This document shows positions 39,313-49,560 of a stretch of 57,282 nt of DNA, piece after piece. Position 1 is the first letter of the stretch, and every line of letters starts with the position of its first letter. A program made the position numbers and the translations under genes. This DNA is from a virus. Its lineage: Duplodnaviria > Caudoviricetes. A model generated the notes under the pieces. That model worked only from the letters and a program-made list of their open reading frames with translations, had not been told where the DNA came from and did no database searches. The stretch is from positions 1-57,282 of the IMG/VR virus record IMGVR_UViG_3300037780_000037; one strand, written 5' to 3'.

Positions 39313-41271
39313 ATGGTAACTAGAAAAAAGCGTCATCCTGATAGGATAAACGCTATCGCAATCGATACGGAAACAACAGGTCCATCATTATACCACGGTT
39401 GCGAAGCATTCATGGTAACGGCTTGTGACATTGATGGAGACCTTTATTGTTGGGAAGGTTTGATCAACCCCTACAATCGGAAAGTATCGTGGTCAGATAA
39501 CGATATAAAAGAGATGATTGAGGTATTTTCACAATATGCTCATATCGTTTTCCATAATGCTACGTTTGATCTACGGGCTATTGAGCTTATAGATCAGGAA
39601 CTATACAACGTCATCATTGATAAGATTGTTGATGATACTATTATACAATCACATATAGTAAACTCAGCAGGTTCTCATAAACTTAAAGACTTAGCTATCT
39701 ATTACTTAGATTTGCTAGATGATGACGAAGCTGAGTTGAAACTAGCTGTTCAACAAGCCAGAACACTTGCTAATAAAGTCTATCCTGATTGGGTTATTGC
39801 TGGTCAGAATATTGAGTCTCTACCAAACTACACTGGTAGTTACTCATTTTGTGATTATTGGTTACCAGCAGCTATTGCTCGCCACCTTAAATATCCCGAG
39901 AATCACCCCTGGTATACAGTCTGTCAAAAGTATGGTGAGCGTGACGTTGAGAGGACTATATCACTTTATTGCAGTTTCATAAAGTACTTGAGACAAGCAT
40001 ATCAAGATGGTATCTATGAGGATCACTGCGAAGTTATCCATGTTGTTAAGGCGATTCAAGATGGTGGGTTCCACTTCTTCAAGGATAAAGCCGAAGCTGC
40101 CATTGAGCAACTAACAAGCGAGATAACCCCATATACGGAACTGATAGCTCATCTAGTCGGTCCTGATTTTAATATCAACTCACCTAAGCAACTATGTGAG
40201 TTACTGTACGATCATTACGGTTTACCGATATTAAAAGTTACTGATAAAGGGTCAGCATCTACGGACGCGGAAACACTTAATGAACTTGCCGTAGACTTTT
40301 GTGATGGGTCAAGCAGTTATGAAGAAGCTGGTTTATTCCTGAACGCCCTGCTGGAAGTTAGGGTTAGGAACACAACATGTAACTACATTAACAACTATCT
40401 TAAATATGCTAAACCTTACAATGTCTGGTACAGCGACGGGTCACAATACTGTCTGTATTACCTGCACCCATCACTAAATCAAACTGGTACTGCTACTACT
40501 AGATTTTCTTGCTCTAATCCTAACTCGCAAAACATCAGCAAAGGGAAGGAAGAAGAAGACGACCAGGGTAACAAACGACGAGTGTTTAACCTGCGAGAAT
40601 TATTCGGACCACCTCCCGGTTACAACTGGATAGCTATTGATTATAAATCATTGCAGCTAATCATTTTCGCTTACGAGTCAGGTGACGAAGGACTGATACG
40701 GACGTTCTTAGAGGGGGGTGACCCTCATAATTATGTAGCCTGCCAACTATTTGACACGTCAGCACCAACCGAATTAGAAAGGCGTATCGCTAAGAATGTG
40801 AACTACGCTTTGATATTCGGGGCGGGAGCAAACAAACTAGACAGGACAGCGGGTAGAGCCGGTATTAGAGACTTGTATCGCAGTCAATTTCCTAGCACCG
40901 ATTCTTACATGCAAAAGGTCATTAAACAGGGTCGGTTTCAAGGTTATGTAAAAACAGCTTGGGGCTATCCAATCACGGTGTCACCCGACAAAGCTTACAA
41001 AGGGGTTAACTACATTATTCAAGGTGATGAAGGTGAGATCGTCAAACGTGCGATGGTCAACACACATCAATTTCTTTTCCAGGAGCATCCAGAATGCAGA
41101 TTGATTATGCAGATTCATGATGAGTTAATTTTTGAGTTTCCCGAGTGGTATAAATTCCCGCTCGAAGATATTAAACGTGAAATGATGGAACCAGCGGCGT
41201 CTATTGGTTGGTGTACGCCGGTTGATGCAGCACTTATTACTGAACATTGGGGTAAGAAAATAGAATGTTAG
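39313..41271 (+). CDS. polA: DNA polymerase family A with 3'-5' exonuclease
   Basis: DTETTG, HNA.FD, T.RFS...PN.QN, motif A DYKSLQL, motif B R...K..NY...FG, motif C IHDEL. Confidence 0.95.
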   Translation: MVTRKKRHPDRINAIAIDTETTGPSLYHGCEAFMVTACDIDGDLYCWEGLINPYNRKVSWSDNDIKEMIEVFSQYAHIVFHNATFDLRAIELIDQELYNVIIDKIVDDTIIQSHIVNSAGSHKLKDLAIYYLDLLDDDEAELKLAVQQARTLANKVYPDWVIAGQNIESLPNYTGSYSFCDYWLPAAIARHLKYPENHPWYTVCQKYGERDVERTISLYCSFIKYLRQAYQDGIYEDHCEVIHVVKAIQDGGFHFFKDKAEAAIEQLTSEITPYTELIAHLVGPDFNINSPKQLCELLYDHYGLPILKVTDKGSASTDAETLNELAVDFCDGSSSYEEAGLFLNALLEVRVRNTTCNYINNYLKYAKPYNVWYSDGSQYCLYYLHPSLNQTGTATTRFSCSNPNSQNISKGKEEEDDQGNKRRVFNLRELFGPPPGYNWIAIDYKSLQLIIFAYESGDEGLIRTFLEGGDPHNYVACQLFDTSAPTELERRIAKNVNYALIFGAGANKLDRTAGRAGIRDLYRSQFPSTDSYMQKVIKQGRFQGYVKTAWGYPITVSPDKAYKGVNYIIQGDEGEIVKRAMVNTHQFLFQEHPECRLIMQIHDELIFEFPEWYKFPLEDIKREMMEPAASIGWCTPVDAALITEHWGKKIEC

Positions 41272-41600
41272 AAATTTTTGTAGGTAATAAGTCTAAAGGA
41301 CATACAGGTTATTACTGTGGAAGACCGTCACCTCTAGGCAACCCTTTTAAGATAGGTGCTGACGGCGATAGAGATATGGTAGTAGATAATTACGCAGTGT
41401 ATTTATTAAACAACTATCGTAATTCTAGCAAGATAAAAATTTGTATAGATAGGTTAGTAGACTACGTTATAAAGTATGAAAAGTATACTTTAGTATGCTG
41501 GTGCTCGCCCGATAGGTGTCATGCGGACGTAATAGCGGAGTTAGTAAAACAATTACTTGAGGAAAGAGGTTATGATGTTAGAATTACTAAACTTTCATAA
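41265..41600 (+). CDS. DUF4326 domain protein
   Basis: YCGRPSPLGNPF and L.CWC.P..CHADV motifs. Confidence 0.9.
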   Translation: MLEIFVGNKSKGHTGYYCGRPSPLGNPFKIGADGDRDMVVDNYAVYLLNNYRNSSKIKICIDRLVDYVIKYEKYTLVCWCSPDRCHADVIAELVKQLLEERGYDVRITKLS

Positions 41601-42342
41601 GATTGAAGTTTATCCTGTCACCGCGTCAAAACCGGATGAGCATTATAAAGGTGATTGCCCATTTTGTGACTCACCTAAATTTCACGTTAACATCCAGAAA
41701 CAGATGTGGGATTGTAAGAAATGTAGTAACGAAGGCAATCAGTATACATTTCTAACTAGAATCTACGAGCAGTGCGAAGCTGCTAGTGAAGACTATGATA
41801 AACTAGCATCGCAGCGTAAAGGCATCCTAGCTACAACACTGGAAGAAGCTGGTTTTGTTTGGGATAACTTAAACAGTCGTTGGTTAGTGCCGTATCAAAA
41901 CGGATCAGAGTTCCTAAATAACTTGGGAGCGTTCCGACCCGAATACGGTTTCAGGATATTCAAATCACCAGGGATGCCCCTGAAGCTTTACAGACCGTTT
42001 GACAAAAAGAGTTTCAAAGATACGGTAGTAATCGTCGAGGGCGAATGGGACTTACTCGCAATTAAACCCTTCCTTCCCAGGGAGTATTCCGTAACGGCAG
42101 TTCCAGGGGCTATGACTTTCAAAGAGGAGTTTATTTCTGATTTCCGAGGTAAGCATGTTATTCTATGCTACGACAAAGACGACTCCGGCAAAGCTGGAAT
42201 CGCGAAGGCTGTAAGATTACTGAATCCTGTTGCCGAATCCATTAAGTTCCTACAGTGGCCGGATGATTTTCATTTCCGCTCTGCTGACGACTCGAATGAA
42301 GATGGTAAGGATTTACGCGACCTTGTAACGCATTTGAGTTGA
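41572..42342 (+). CDS. DNA primase (zinc ribbon + TOPRIM)
   Basis: CPFC...C.KC, VEGEWD, YDKD.SG and KD.RD motifs. Confidence 0.9.
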   Translation: MMLELLNFHKIEVYPVTASKPDEHYKGDCPFCDSPKFHVNIQKQMWDCKKCSNEGNQYTFLTRIYEQCEAASEDYDKLASQRKGILATTLEEAGFVWDNLNSRWLVPYQNGSEFLNNLGAFRPEYGFRIFKSPGMPLKLYRPFDKKSFKDTVVIVEGEWDLLAIKPFLPREYSVTAVPGAMTFKEEFISDFRGKHVILCYDKDDSGKAGIAKAVRLLNPVAESIKFLQWPDDFHFRSADDSNEDGKDLRDLVTHLS

Positions 42343-42343
42343 A

Positions 42344-42553
42344 ATGTATAAACCAGTACCTCCATACTTTGTTATTGATATGCCTTTGAATGAGGCTGGT
42401 GAAGGGCCGGAATTGGATCAAAGTCTAGTACGCCAAGTAGTGTTCCAGATATGGGATTCAAATAATGTGACTGTGAAAACTTTCAAGTCACCAAGGAAAG
42501 CACAATCTATATGCAACAAAATGAATGAATCAGCAGGTTATAAGAATGGCTAA
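42344..42553 (+). CDS. Hypothetical protein
   Basis: 69 aa ORF between the primase and helicase genes. Confidence 0.55.
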   Translation: MYKPVPPYFVIDMPLNEAGEGPELDQSLVRQVVFQIWDSNNVTVKTFKSPRKAQSICNKMNESAGYKNG

Positions 42554-44012
42554 GCGAAAGAAGAAAAAAGCTACGGACGTTTGGAGTTTCATCAGTAGTA
42601 ATTTAATACCTGCTGTAGAAATGGAAGCGTCTGAGTACATCGATACTAAGTACACATTGCCTGAAACTGATCCGATTAAATCCTGGGAGGAATTAAGAGA
42701 CGTATTCCACAATAGTGGCTTATATCTAACAGAGGGCAATGATTATGCGATTGCTGTTTGTATTGCTACGGTGCTTTCACCCTATCTCCCAGGGGAACCG
42801 ATCTGGGTGTTTTTAGTAGGTCTCCCATCGAGTGGTAAGACCACAATCATCGAATCATTCGGATCATCCAATATGTACTGTGAGGCTCAATCTCAGCTTC
42901 ATGATACAATGCTGGTATCCGGTGCTAAGAGTGCTGATGGTAAGGATTCGTCATTCTTACCAACCTTGAAGAAGCGTACTCTACTTATTAAAGATTACAC
43001 TACGGTCGTATCGATGGACCATCGTAGTCAAGAATCTTTATATGGTATCCTACGGGACGCTTTCGATGGTACATTCAAAAAGCGGTATGGCAACCGAGAG
43101 ATTAGAGTATTCACCCAGTTGAAGTTTGGTTTTATTGCTGGAGTCACTCGAGTCATTCACGGCGACTCACGATCATCATTGGGTGAACGGTTTCTGAAGA
43201 TCGAGTATCATGAAGAAGATGAATTCGATGAGCAGACTCACGCACTAGCAGCAATGCGGTCATCAGCTAATAAAGATGAACGGACTTCAATGCTCGAACG
43301 ATCAATGCTAGGTTTTATTGATCATCTAATCAGTAATATGCCTGACAACGATTCTCGACCAAAGATTGAAAACGGATCAGAATTTGAATTACAGATTGTG
43401 AAGCTGGCTTTACTTGTTTCATACCTTCGAGCCCAAGTAGATCGTCGTGGTGATGATTCGTTGTTGTACCGTCCAGGTAAAGAAATAGCATCCCGCCTAT
43501 CAGTCCAATTCAAAAAAGTAACTGAATGTCTGATGCTAATATTTAATGTTACAGAACCTAATAACTTAATCTATAAGGTCATTCGCAAGTTAGCATTAGA
43601 TTCGTGCATCCCATTCAATGTTGAGTTTGCTCGTTTACTATACAACAATCCCGCTGGCATCTCCCGTAGTGATTTAGAGATTGAATTACAAATACCCAGC
43701 ACGAATATACATCGAATCTGTAACGACTTGTTGCAGTTAGGTATCATTAAAGTTAGTCGAGTACCTAACGGGAAAAAATCTGGTAGAGATAAACACGTTT
43801 ACGTTCTTAACCCTGTCATAGCTCAGCTATGGGAAGAAACCATCGAGGTACAAGATTATGTTCGCGTTCAATCTAAGACTACTCGCGTTCGCAAGCGGAA
43901 ATCAGTTCGAGGTAGTTCAGTCGATTCAGACGAAGCAATTGACGTACCCACAGATCGTCCGACCCGAAAGCGTGTTAAGCGAACTTCAAGAACAAATGCT
44001 GAAGAAACTTAA
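42546..44012 (+). CDS. MCM-like AAA+ replicative helicase with C-terminal winged helix
   Basis: GLPSSGKT, LIKD, LRDAFDG, GERFL arginine finger, C-terminal HTH. Confidence 0.75.
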   Translation: MAKRKKKKATDVWSFISSNLIPAVEMEASEYIDTKYTLPETDPIKSWEELRDVFHNSGLYLTEGNDYAIAVCIATVLSPYLPGEPIWVFLVGLPSSGKTTIIESFGSSNMYCEAQSQLHDTMLVSGAKSADGKDSSFLPTLKKRTLLIKDYTTVVSMDHRSQESLYGILRDAFDGTFKKRYGNREIRVFTQLKFGFIAGVTRVIHGDSRSSLGERFLKIEYHEEDEFDEQTHALAAMRSSANKDERTSMLERSMLGFIDHLISNMPDNDSRPKIENGSEFELQIVKLALLVSYLRAQVDRRGDDSLLYRPGKEIASRLSVQFKKVTECLMLIFNVTEPNNLIYKVIRKLALDSCIPFNVEFARLLYNNPAGISRSDLEIELQIPSTNIHRICNDLLQLGIIKVSRVPNGKKSGRDKHVYVLNPVIAQLWEETIEVQDYVRVQSKTTRVRKRKSVRGSSVDSDEAIDVPTDRPTRKRVKRTSRTNAEET

Positions 44013-44187
44013 TGAAAGTTCCGTAGCAAATCCCGCAATGCCGGAAGAAAATCTTTCCGCAACAGCACTGGAACTATTGGCGGCATCAGTTCGAGCGGGT
44101 AAAATCGGGGGTGAAGAAGTTTGGGGTCGCACGGACGGTAACGGCGATCTATTGGTTACAATTCGTTACAAATCTAAGAAAGGGTAG
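43996..44187 (+). CDS. Hypothetical protein
   Basis: Short ORF overlapping the helicase stop codon. Confidence 0.45.
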   Translation: MLKKLNESSVANPAMPEENLSATALELLAASVRAGKIGGEEVWGRTDGNGDLLVTIRYKSKKG

Positions 44188-44195
44188 AGTGCTTT

Positions 44196-44546
44196 ATGAC
44201 ACAGTTATCAACAGAAGTAATGGCTGAGCAGGTAGCAAATAGTCTAGTCGATGCACTAGGTGGTTCGCTAGTCGAAGGAGAAGCATCGTTCACACCATCT
44301 GCAATGTCTGCTAAAGTCACGGGTACTATCTTGGGAGCTATTGCTAAGTTCTTAGCAGAAAATTCCGACTTTCTGCCACCCAAAGAAGCAGTTCTACGTG
44401 CCGTTAATTCAGCCGTTGATATGGCTTTGGCTCGATTGGGTCGCCCTTGGTTAACTGCATTAATCTCAGTCCCAATCAAGAACATGATTGAGAGAGCGGT
44501 TGATTCTATGTATGACGCTATTTTGAATCCTCAAACAGAAGTCTAA
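44196..44546 (+). CDS. Hypothetical amphipathic protein
   Basis: 116 aa; first gene of the secreted/membrane cluster. Confidence 0.6.
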   Translation: MTQLSTEVMAEQVANSLVDALGGSLVEGEASFTPSAMSAKVTGTILGAIAKFLAENSDFLPPKEAVLRAVNSAVDMALARLGRPWLTALISVPIKNMIERAVDSMYDAILNPQTEV

Positions 44547-44553
44547 ACCAGTT

Positions 44554-45156
44554 ATGAGATCATTAATACTTACGCTGTTGGCGATCTTATCCTCAACAGC
44601 AATGGGACAACCCCCGTTAACGATTACCTCATCGGGTTACTACATTACGGAGATAAACGCTGATGGTGTTCCGAAGTTAGTAAAGATTACGGTGGTAGTT
44701 GATTTAACTGGCGGTAATGCACCAGCACCTAACCCGCCCGATGTAGCTGATATTGATACAGCAGTTGTTAAGCAAGTTAAGGAATGGTCCGAAACTGTTA
44801 ACGACCCACAAGGTGCTCAAGCGATTGCAGCAGTCTATTCTCATATCAAAGGGGCTGTAGACGATACATTACTGGATGTTGTAAGCGTGTGGCCCGCATT
44901 AAAGGATGCTACCGATAATGCAATCACTATTGTTGACAGTACTGAAAAATGGAAAACCTTTCGCGACCAACTTTCCGCTTTAGTAACGGAAGGACGGCAA
45001 AGAGGTACATTGCAAAATAAAAAAGCTGTATCAGTTTTTCTGAGATCAGTTCAGCAGGGTCTTGAGTTATCTGCTGATGGTAGTAACGCTTTGTCATTAG
45101 ACACACTTACTGCTATCGCTACAAAAACGAATGAGGCTATTGATGCAAACAAATAA
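44554..45156 (+). CDS. Secreted protein
   Basis: Signal peptide MRSLILTLLAILSSTAMG; Pro-rich linker. Confidence 0.7.
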   Translation: MRSLILTLLAILSSTAMGQPPLTITSSGYYITEINADGVPKLVKITVVVDLTGGNAPAPNPPDVADIDTAVVKQVKEWSETVNDPQGAQAIAAVYSHIKGAVDDTLLDVVSVWPALKDATDNAITIVDSTEKWKTFRDQLSALVTEGRQRGTLQNKKAVSVFLRSVQQGLELSADGSNALSLDTLTAIATKTNEAIDANK

Positions 45157-46063
45157 AGTTATAGCGGAGCTATACAGACTAGGCCACTTCCACAACCCAG
45201 CACACCCAACAGGTGTTGTAGAGAATGACCTACCCCGCTTAAAACTCACAGATGATCCAGTACGTAAAGCCATTGCTTCCTACCAGGAATTTATGGCGAC
45301 GGACTTTGATAGACTATCTATGAGTGAACACGGGCGTATCGGTATTGCTGATGGAGAAGTCGGCCCAGCAACTGAACGATTGTTTGATGTTGAAAGATGC
45401 GGGCTACCTGACTACGCGGTAGAAGAAACTGGTCGGGGTTCATGGCCCGTAGGGTGTCACCCAGAGTTTCCCGGTATCCACTCATTTTCTCTTTACATCG
45501 ACAAATCAGGGATGCCAGGATTTCTACGGACCTACTTTGATGATGCTTGGTTGTTATGCCGCCAAGCTTATGCAGATATCGGCATTGCATTCTTTGAAGT
45601 AGACTCACCATCCCGAGCTAACACGGTTGTTACTTGGACCCGTGGCAATGGCTGGATTGGCTTAGCTATTGTACCACGATCCCCACAATGTAGAGAACGC
45701 ATCTGGGCTAAGTTTGATAATCGATATCAACCAGCCGATATGCTTAATCAATGGGCTCGTTTATTAGCTCATGAATTCTGTCACAATATGGGGCTATCCC
45801 ACACTCGCGGTGGCATCATGAACCCATCAATTACTTCAGGCCCTTTTACTCCCAGGGCGTGGCGAGGCGATCCTAGTGAACCGGCATTGGTACGATTCTT
45901 TGGAGGGGTGCCAGTTGATTTAGGAATTGGCAAGCCTGAACCTGAGCCCGAACCTGATCCACCCAAAGAACCAAATGAATATTGGTTCAAGGGACATTTC
46001 TCACTTATGAAAGGTGATGAAAATCTTGGTGATTACATCCTCACTCCAAAACCAAAGGTATAA
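45143..46063 (+). CDS. Matrixin (M10/MMP-like) zinc metalloprotease with prodomain
   Basis: HEFCHNMGLSH zinc motif, Met-turn IMNP, cysteine switch RCGLPD, PG-binding-like DG.VGPAT. Confidence 0.9.
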   Translation: MQTNKVIAELYRLGHFHNPAHPTGVVENDLPRLKLTDDPVRKAIASYQEFMATDFDRLSMSEHGRIGIADGEVGPATERLFDVERCGLPDYAVEETGRGSWPVGCHPEFPGIHSFSLYIDKSGMPGFLRTYFDDAWLLCRQAYADIGIAFFEVDSPSRANTVVTWTRGNGWIGLAIVPRSPQCRERIWAKFDNRYQPADMLNQWARLLAHEFCHNMGLSHTRGGIMNPSITSGPFTPRAWRGDPSEPALVRFFGGVPVDLGIGKPEPEPEPDPPKEPNEYWFKGHFSLMKGDENLGDYILTPKPKV

Positions 46064-46064
46064 A

Positions 46065-46682
46065 ATGAAGACACTACTATTTCTATTACCGCTTGTACTG
46101 ATCACAGCACCCGTACAAGCCCAACGGATTTTCAGAGCATCCTCAATTGATCTTGAACAAAATGATCGACTCGATGTTCTGGAAGCAAAATTTTCAGCAA
46201 TTGAAAACTCGATTAATAAGCTATCAGTTGCGATTGAGACGGCATCAGCCAAAGAAGTAGTTACTGTTGCTGTCACTGAAAAACCAAAAACAACTGAAGT
46301 TGCTACTTCTAGCAAACCCGTTGTACTATCACCGCCAACTGTAATTTATTCGCAACCAGCAACGGTGTCTTACACGCCCCCTGTACCCACCCAAAAAATC
46401 GTCACTACATCATCAGGATATTATGATGGTACGAGTCAACGGACTTACCCAGGCGATATTAGAAGTCATCTCCAGGGAACCCACGGGGTTGGAAGCACTG
46501 CGGGCATGACTAAAGATCAGATGGAAGCACTTCACGACTCTTTACATAACGGCTCTCGATCAGTTTCTAGGTCAAGGACGGTAACACGATCAGTTCAGCA
46601 ATCAGCTTGTCCTGGTGGTGTATGCCCTTCACCAGCTAGTCGTTCTACGGTTCGTCGTGGTATTTTTGGTTGGAGGCGATAA
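46065..46682 (+). CDS. Secreted protein with His/Cys-rich C-terminus
   Basis: Signal peptide, coiled coil, HL...H...LH..LH, CPGGVCP and RRGIFGWRR. Confidence 0.75.
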   Translation: MKTLLFLLPLVLITAPVQAQRIFRASSIDLEQNDRLDVLEAKFSAIENSINKLSVAIETASAKEVVTVAVTEKPKTTEVATSSKPVVLSPPTVIYSQPATVSYTPPVPTQKIVTTSSGYYDGTSQRTYPGDIRSHLQGTHGVGSTAGMTKDQMEALHDSLHNGSRSVSRSRTVTRSVQQSACPGGVCPSPASRSTVRRGIFGWRR

Positions 46683-46951
46683 TGAATATATTTGATGTTG
46701 AAGCTGCCCTAATGGAAGCTATCGAGGAATCTGATCTTCGACCGATCCAAAAGCTGCGATTGCGATTAGCCTTACGTTTCCGTCCGATGGTTAGAGCCGA
46801 AATGCTAGGTGCTGTCCAAATGCACTGCGTCATGCAAGGTGTAGTAACTGAAGCTGGCGAAGTTCAAGCAGCAATCGATTGGAAACAGGTTATTGATATT
46901 ATCATTCAGTACCTCCCAACATTGCTGTCACTGCTATTAATGTTTATCTGA
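46682..46951 (+). CDS. Membrane protein (holin-like)
   Basis: C-terminal hydrophobic helix IDW..IIDIIIQYLPTLLSLLLMFI. Confidence 0.55.
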   Translation: MNIFDVEAALMEAIEESDLRPIQKLRLRLALRFRPMVRAEMLGAVQMHCVMQGVVTEAGEVQAAIDWKQVIDIIIQYLPTLLSLLLMFI

Positions 46952-47027
46952 TCTGCTAGTTTGGCTGAGTAGCACACCTTCTACCCAGTCATGTTTTCCG
47001 TGACCCCTTTAATGAAAGGAGTTTATC

Positions 47028-47231
47028 ATGAGAGGTGTTAGAGTTGGTAACGACGACTTCTACTTGTTTGACTACAATGAAGATCGTTCACAGTTGATCG
47101 TGGATAAGAGCAACGTCAAGAATGCGGTAGGCCGAGAACTATTCTCATGCCTAGCGAAACGTCGTGACAAGAAGTTACCTGTAACGGTAATGACTAAATC
47201 CCAAGTCAACAAAGCGGCAAAAGCTGCATAG
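47028..47231 (+). CDS. Hypothetical protein
   Basis: Strong SD AAAGGAG. Confidence 0.65.
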   Translation: MRGVRVGNDDFYLFDYNEDRSQLIVDKSNVKNAVGRELFSCLAKRRDKKLPVTVMTKSQVNKAAKAA

Positions 47232-47432
47232 TAGTTTATTCCAAATATCCAAGCCGGTAGGATACTGGCTTTTCGTAGGTGAAACATGAATCTCTGGGTA
47301 GTCTTAGAGCAGGTTTGGATCGAACAGGATAAAATGTATCTTGCTACCTTAAAACGAGGTGCCAAGATTATTAAGCGTTATTACCCGTACCCCTTAGAGA
47401 TACATACGCTTGTATCCATTTAGGAAATCAAA

Positions 47433-47528
47433 GTGCCTTACACTACATCAAAACCCAAAGATAAAAAATGCGGTACCAAAAAAGGTCCGTCAAAACCAGC
47501 TAAGCCAGCAAAACCAAAGGGTAAGTGA
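47433..47528 (+). CDS. 31-aa Lys/Pro-rich basic peptide (not in ORF track)
   Basis: AGGA SD; GTG start; MPYTTSKPKDKKCGTKKGPSKPAKPAKPKGK; TGATG coupling to the next gene. Confidence 0.55.
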   Translation: MPYTTSKPKDKKCGTKKGPSKPAKPAKPKGK

Positions 47529-47659
47529 TGCCAAAGAAAACATCATCTAAACCAAAGAACCGCTGTTGGAAAGGATACGAGCCTACTCCTGGCAAAAAAG
47601 CCTACAGTGACGGTTCCTGTCAGAAGGCTAAAAAGTCTAAAAAATCCAACAAGAAGTAG
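47528..47659 (+). CDS. 43-aa basic peptide with CWKGY...GSC motif (not in ORF track)
   Basis: MPKKTSSKPKNRCWKGYEPTPGKKAYSDGSCQKAKKSKKSNKK; translationally coupled on both sides. Confidence 0.65.
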   Translation: MPKKTSSKPKNRCWKGYEPTPGKKAYSDGSCQKAKKSKKSNKK

Positions 47660-47660
47660 C

Positions 47661-49013
47661 ATGGCTAAAAGAACTAAGAAACTTGACCAACTCGAATCGA
47701 CTTCTTCTACGCCCCTTCGATTCGAGTATTTGGACCCAAAGAGCATCAAACTCAACGCTAAAAACTGGCGGGTTCACCCACGACGGCAACGACAAGCCTA
47801 CAACGCATTCAAAAACCAAGTCGGTTGGGCCGGTGCAGTCCTAATCAATGAAACTACAGGGAACCTCCTCGATGGTCACATGCGAGTTGATGAAGCTATC
47901 AAAAACGAAGACCCTTCAGTACCCTGCCTGATAGGCTCCTGGACCGAAGAAAAGGAAAACTTGATTCTCCAGTCGCTTGACCCCCTCGGAACGCTTGCAA
48001 GCACCGATAGAGAGGCCCTAGCAAGCCTTACCGAAGCTAACCGGAAAAAACTCACGGACTTGGGCAACGACCACACCCGCAAACTAGCCCAATTAACCGA
48101 AGACCTGAAAGCCCTATCCCAATCCGAGGAATCCGGTCCTCTACTGAAGCAAACCAAGCCACTACGCAAACCAAAGCCTCTCTCCCAGGAAGACCCTGAT
48201 GAAGAACTAAACAATACTGATAACGATACAGAAGACAATATTGATGTATCGTACCAACCCCCAAAGAACAACAAAGATATTCGGCGGGAGATCATCGAGT
48301 CTGACGTTTTCTTTGCGTCTGATGATTACGCGGTTACTATCCCGCTCCAGTTGCCGACGCTGCTACCCCATATGTTAGCAACGCCTGATATGGCACCACG
48401 TCAGACCTTTAATCGTTCACGATCCCAACAACATACACCGGATACTTATTATTGCATTTCATCGGTACCTTGGCCTGAATCCCGAGATGGTGGCGTATTA
48501 GGTTTCTTCACCGAAGATTACCGATTCAATAACTGTTATGATTTTGCAGCAGACTTCTTAGAAGAAATACTAGACGAAGACTGGACTACAATCTTACTCC
48601 CAGATTATTCATTATACGATCACTACCCACTAGCCATGAAACTATGGAATTTATACCGTAGTCGATGGTGCGGTCGTTATTGGCAAGAAGCAGGTTTTCA
48701 TGTAGTACCTATTATTCAAGGTTGTCAATTAGGTTCTGAATCTGACGCTTCTATGACACGACCCATATGTATAGATACTCTGCCCAATAATACACCAATG
48801 ATTGCTTGTCAAATGAGAAGCACCAAAGGTTATCAAGATTTCTGCGAAGATATTAACTACGCTGTAGAAACTAAAAACATTGAAACGGTTTTAATCTATG
48901 GGGGCCTTGATAGGCAAAAGGTACTTCATGGTTATTTGACAGATAAAGCCGAGATCATATACTTGCCTTCATTCATCAAAGCACGCAAAGAAGTGTTAAA
49001 GAGGGAGAGTTAA
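47661..49013 (+). CDS. ParB-like N-terminal domain fused to DUF4417
   Basis: NWR.H, VG...V..N...G.L.DGH.R; C-terminal FFTEDYRF, PDYSLY and WN.YRSRW.G.YWQ..G..V.P. Confidence 0.85.
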   Translation: MAKRTKKLDQLESTSSTPLRFEYLDPKSIKLNAKNWRVHPRRQRQAYNAFKNQVGWAGAVLINETTGNLLDGHMRVDEAIKNEDPSVPCLIGSWTEEKENLILQSLDPLGTLASTDREALASLTEANRKKLTDLGNDHTRKLAQLTEDLKALSQSEESGPLLKQTKPLRKPKPLSQEDPDEELNNTDNDTEDNIDVSYQPPKNNKDIRREIIESDVFFASDDYAVTIPLQLPTLLPHMLATPDMAPRQTFNRSRSQQHTPDTYYCISSVPWPESRDGGVLGFFTEDYRFNNCYDFAADFLEEILDEDWTTILLPDYSLYDHYPLAMKLWNLYRSRWCGRYWQEAGFHVVPIIQGCQLGSESDASMTRPICIDTLPNNTPMIACQMRSTKGYQDFCEDINYAVETKNIETVLIYGGLDRQKVLHGYLTDKAEIIYLPSFIKARKEVLKRES

Positions 49014-49016
49014 TAA

Positions 49017-49496
49017 ATGGCTCCGCGAAAACCCAGAAAAGTAGGCACGATGAAGGTCGGGAATAAAACAATTCCTGACTATGGTAAAAGGCAAGGTAGG
49101 GGTCGGCTTGGTGGTAATAAATCTACTGATACTGGGGCAAGAGTTGATCCTGTACCTGCGAGAGTTTCACGAAGCAAACCAAAACCTACGGGTGGTAAAA
49201 ACGCTTCTGAAGCCGCTGGACAAAAGAAAGGCACGAAAACGAAATCAGCCCGTAAGGTAGCAACTAAAGCAGCAAAAAAGGCAGGTGGCGGTGCAAAGAA
49301 AGCAGCAACAAGAGCCGAAAGTGCGGCCAAGAAGAAAGCCGCTTCCGAGAGGGCAACTAAAAAAGCCTCAAAGAAGTCCAGCAAAAAAGCTACCACCACC
49401 AGAAAAACCAGCGGCCCCAAACGGAAAGTCAAAACCCCCGGCAAAAGGTCTGTCGGCAGAGTTAAAAATAGAGCTACCCGCAAAAAATATGGATAG
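49017..49496 (+). CDS. Histone H1-like Lys/Ala/Arg-rich protein
   Basis: KKA-rich low-complexity basic sequence. Confidence 0.75.
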   Translation: MAPRKPRKVGTMKVGNKTIPDYGKRQGRGRLGGNKSTDTGARVDPVPARVSRSKPKPTGGKNASEAAGQKKGTKTKSARKVATKAAKKAGGGAKKAATRAESAAKKKAASERATKKASKKSSKKATTTRKTSGPKRKVKTPGKRSVGRVKNRATRKKYG

Positions 49497-49560
49497 CACG
49501 TTCGACTTGGACGATTGTTTATCCAACTTCCATCTCGAATAAATTCCAGGAACCCCAATC

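Noticed and set aside
49079-49558. Minus-strand hydrophobic 159-aa ORF resembling a membrane protein
   Set aside because: It is the antisense of the Lys/Ala-rich H1-like gene.
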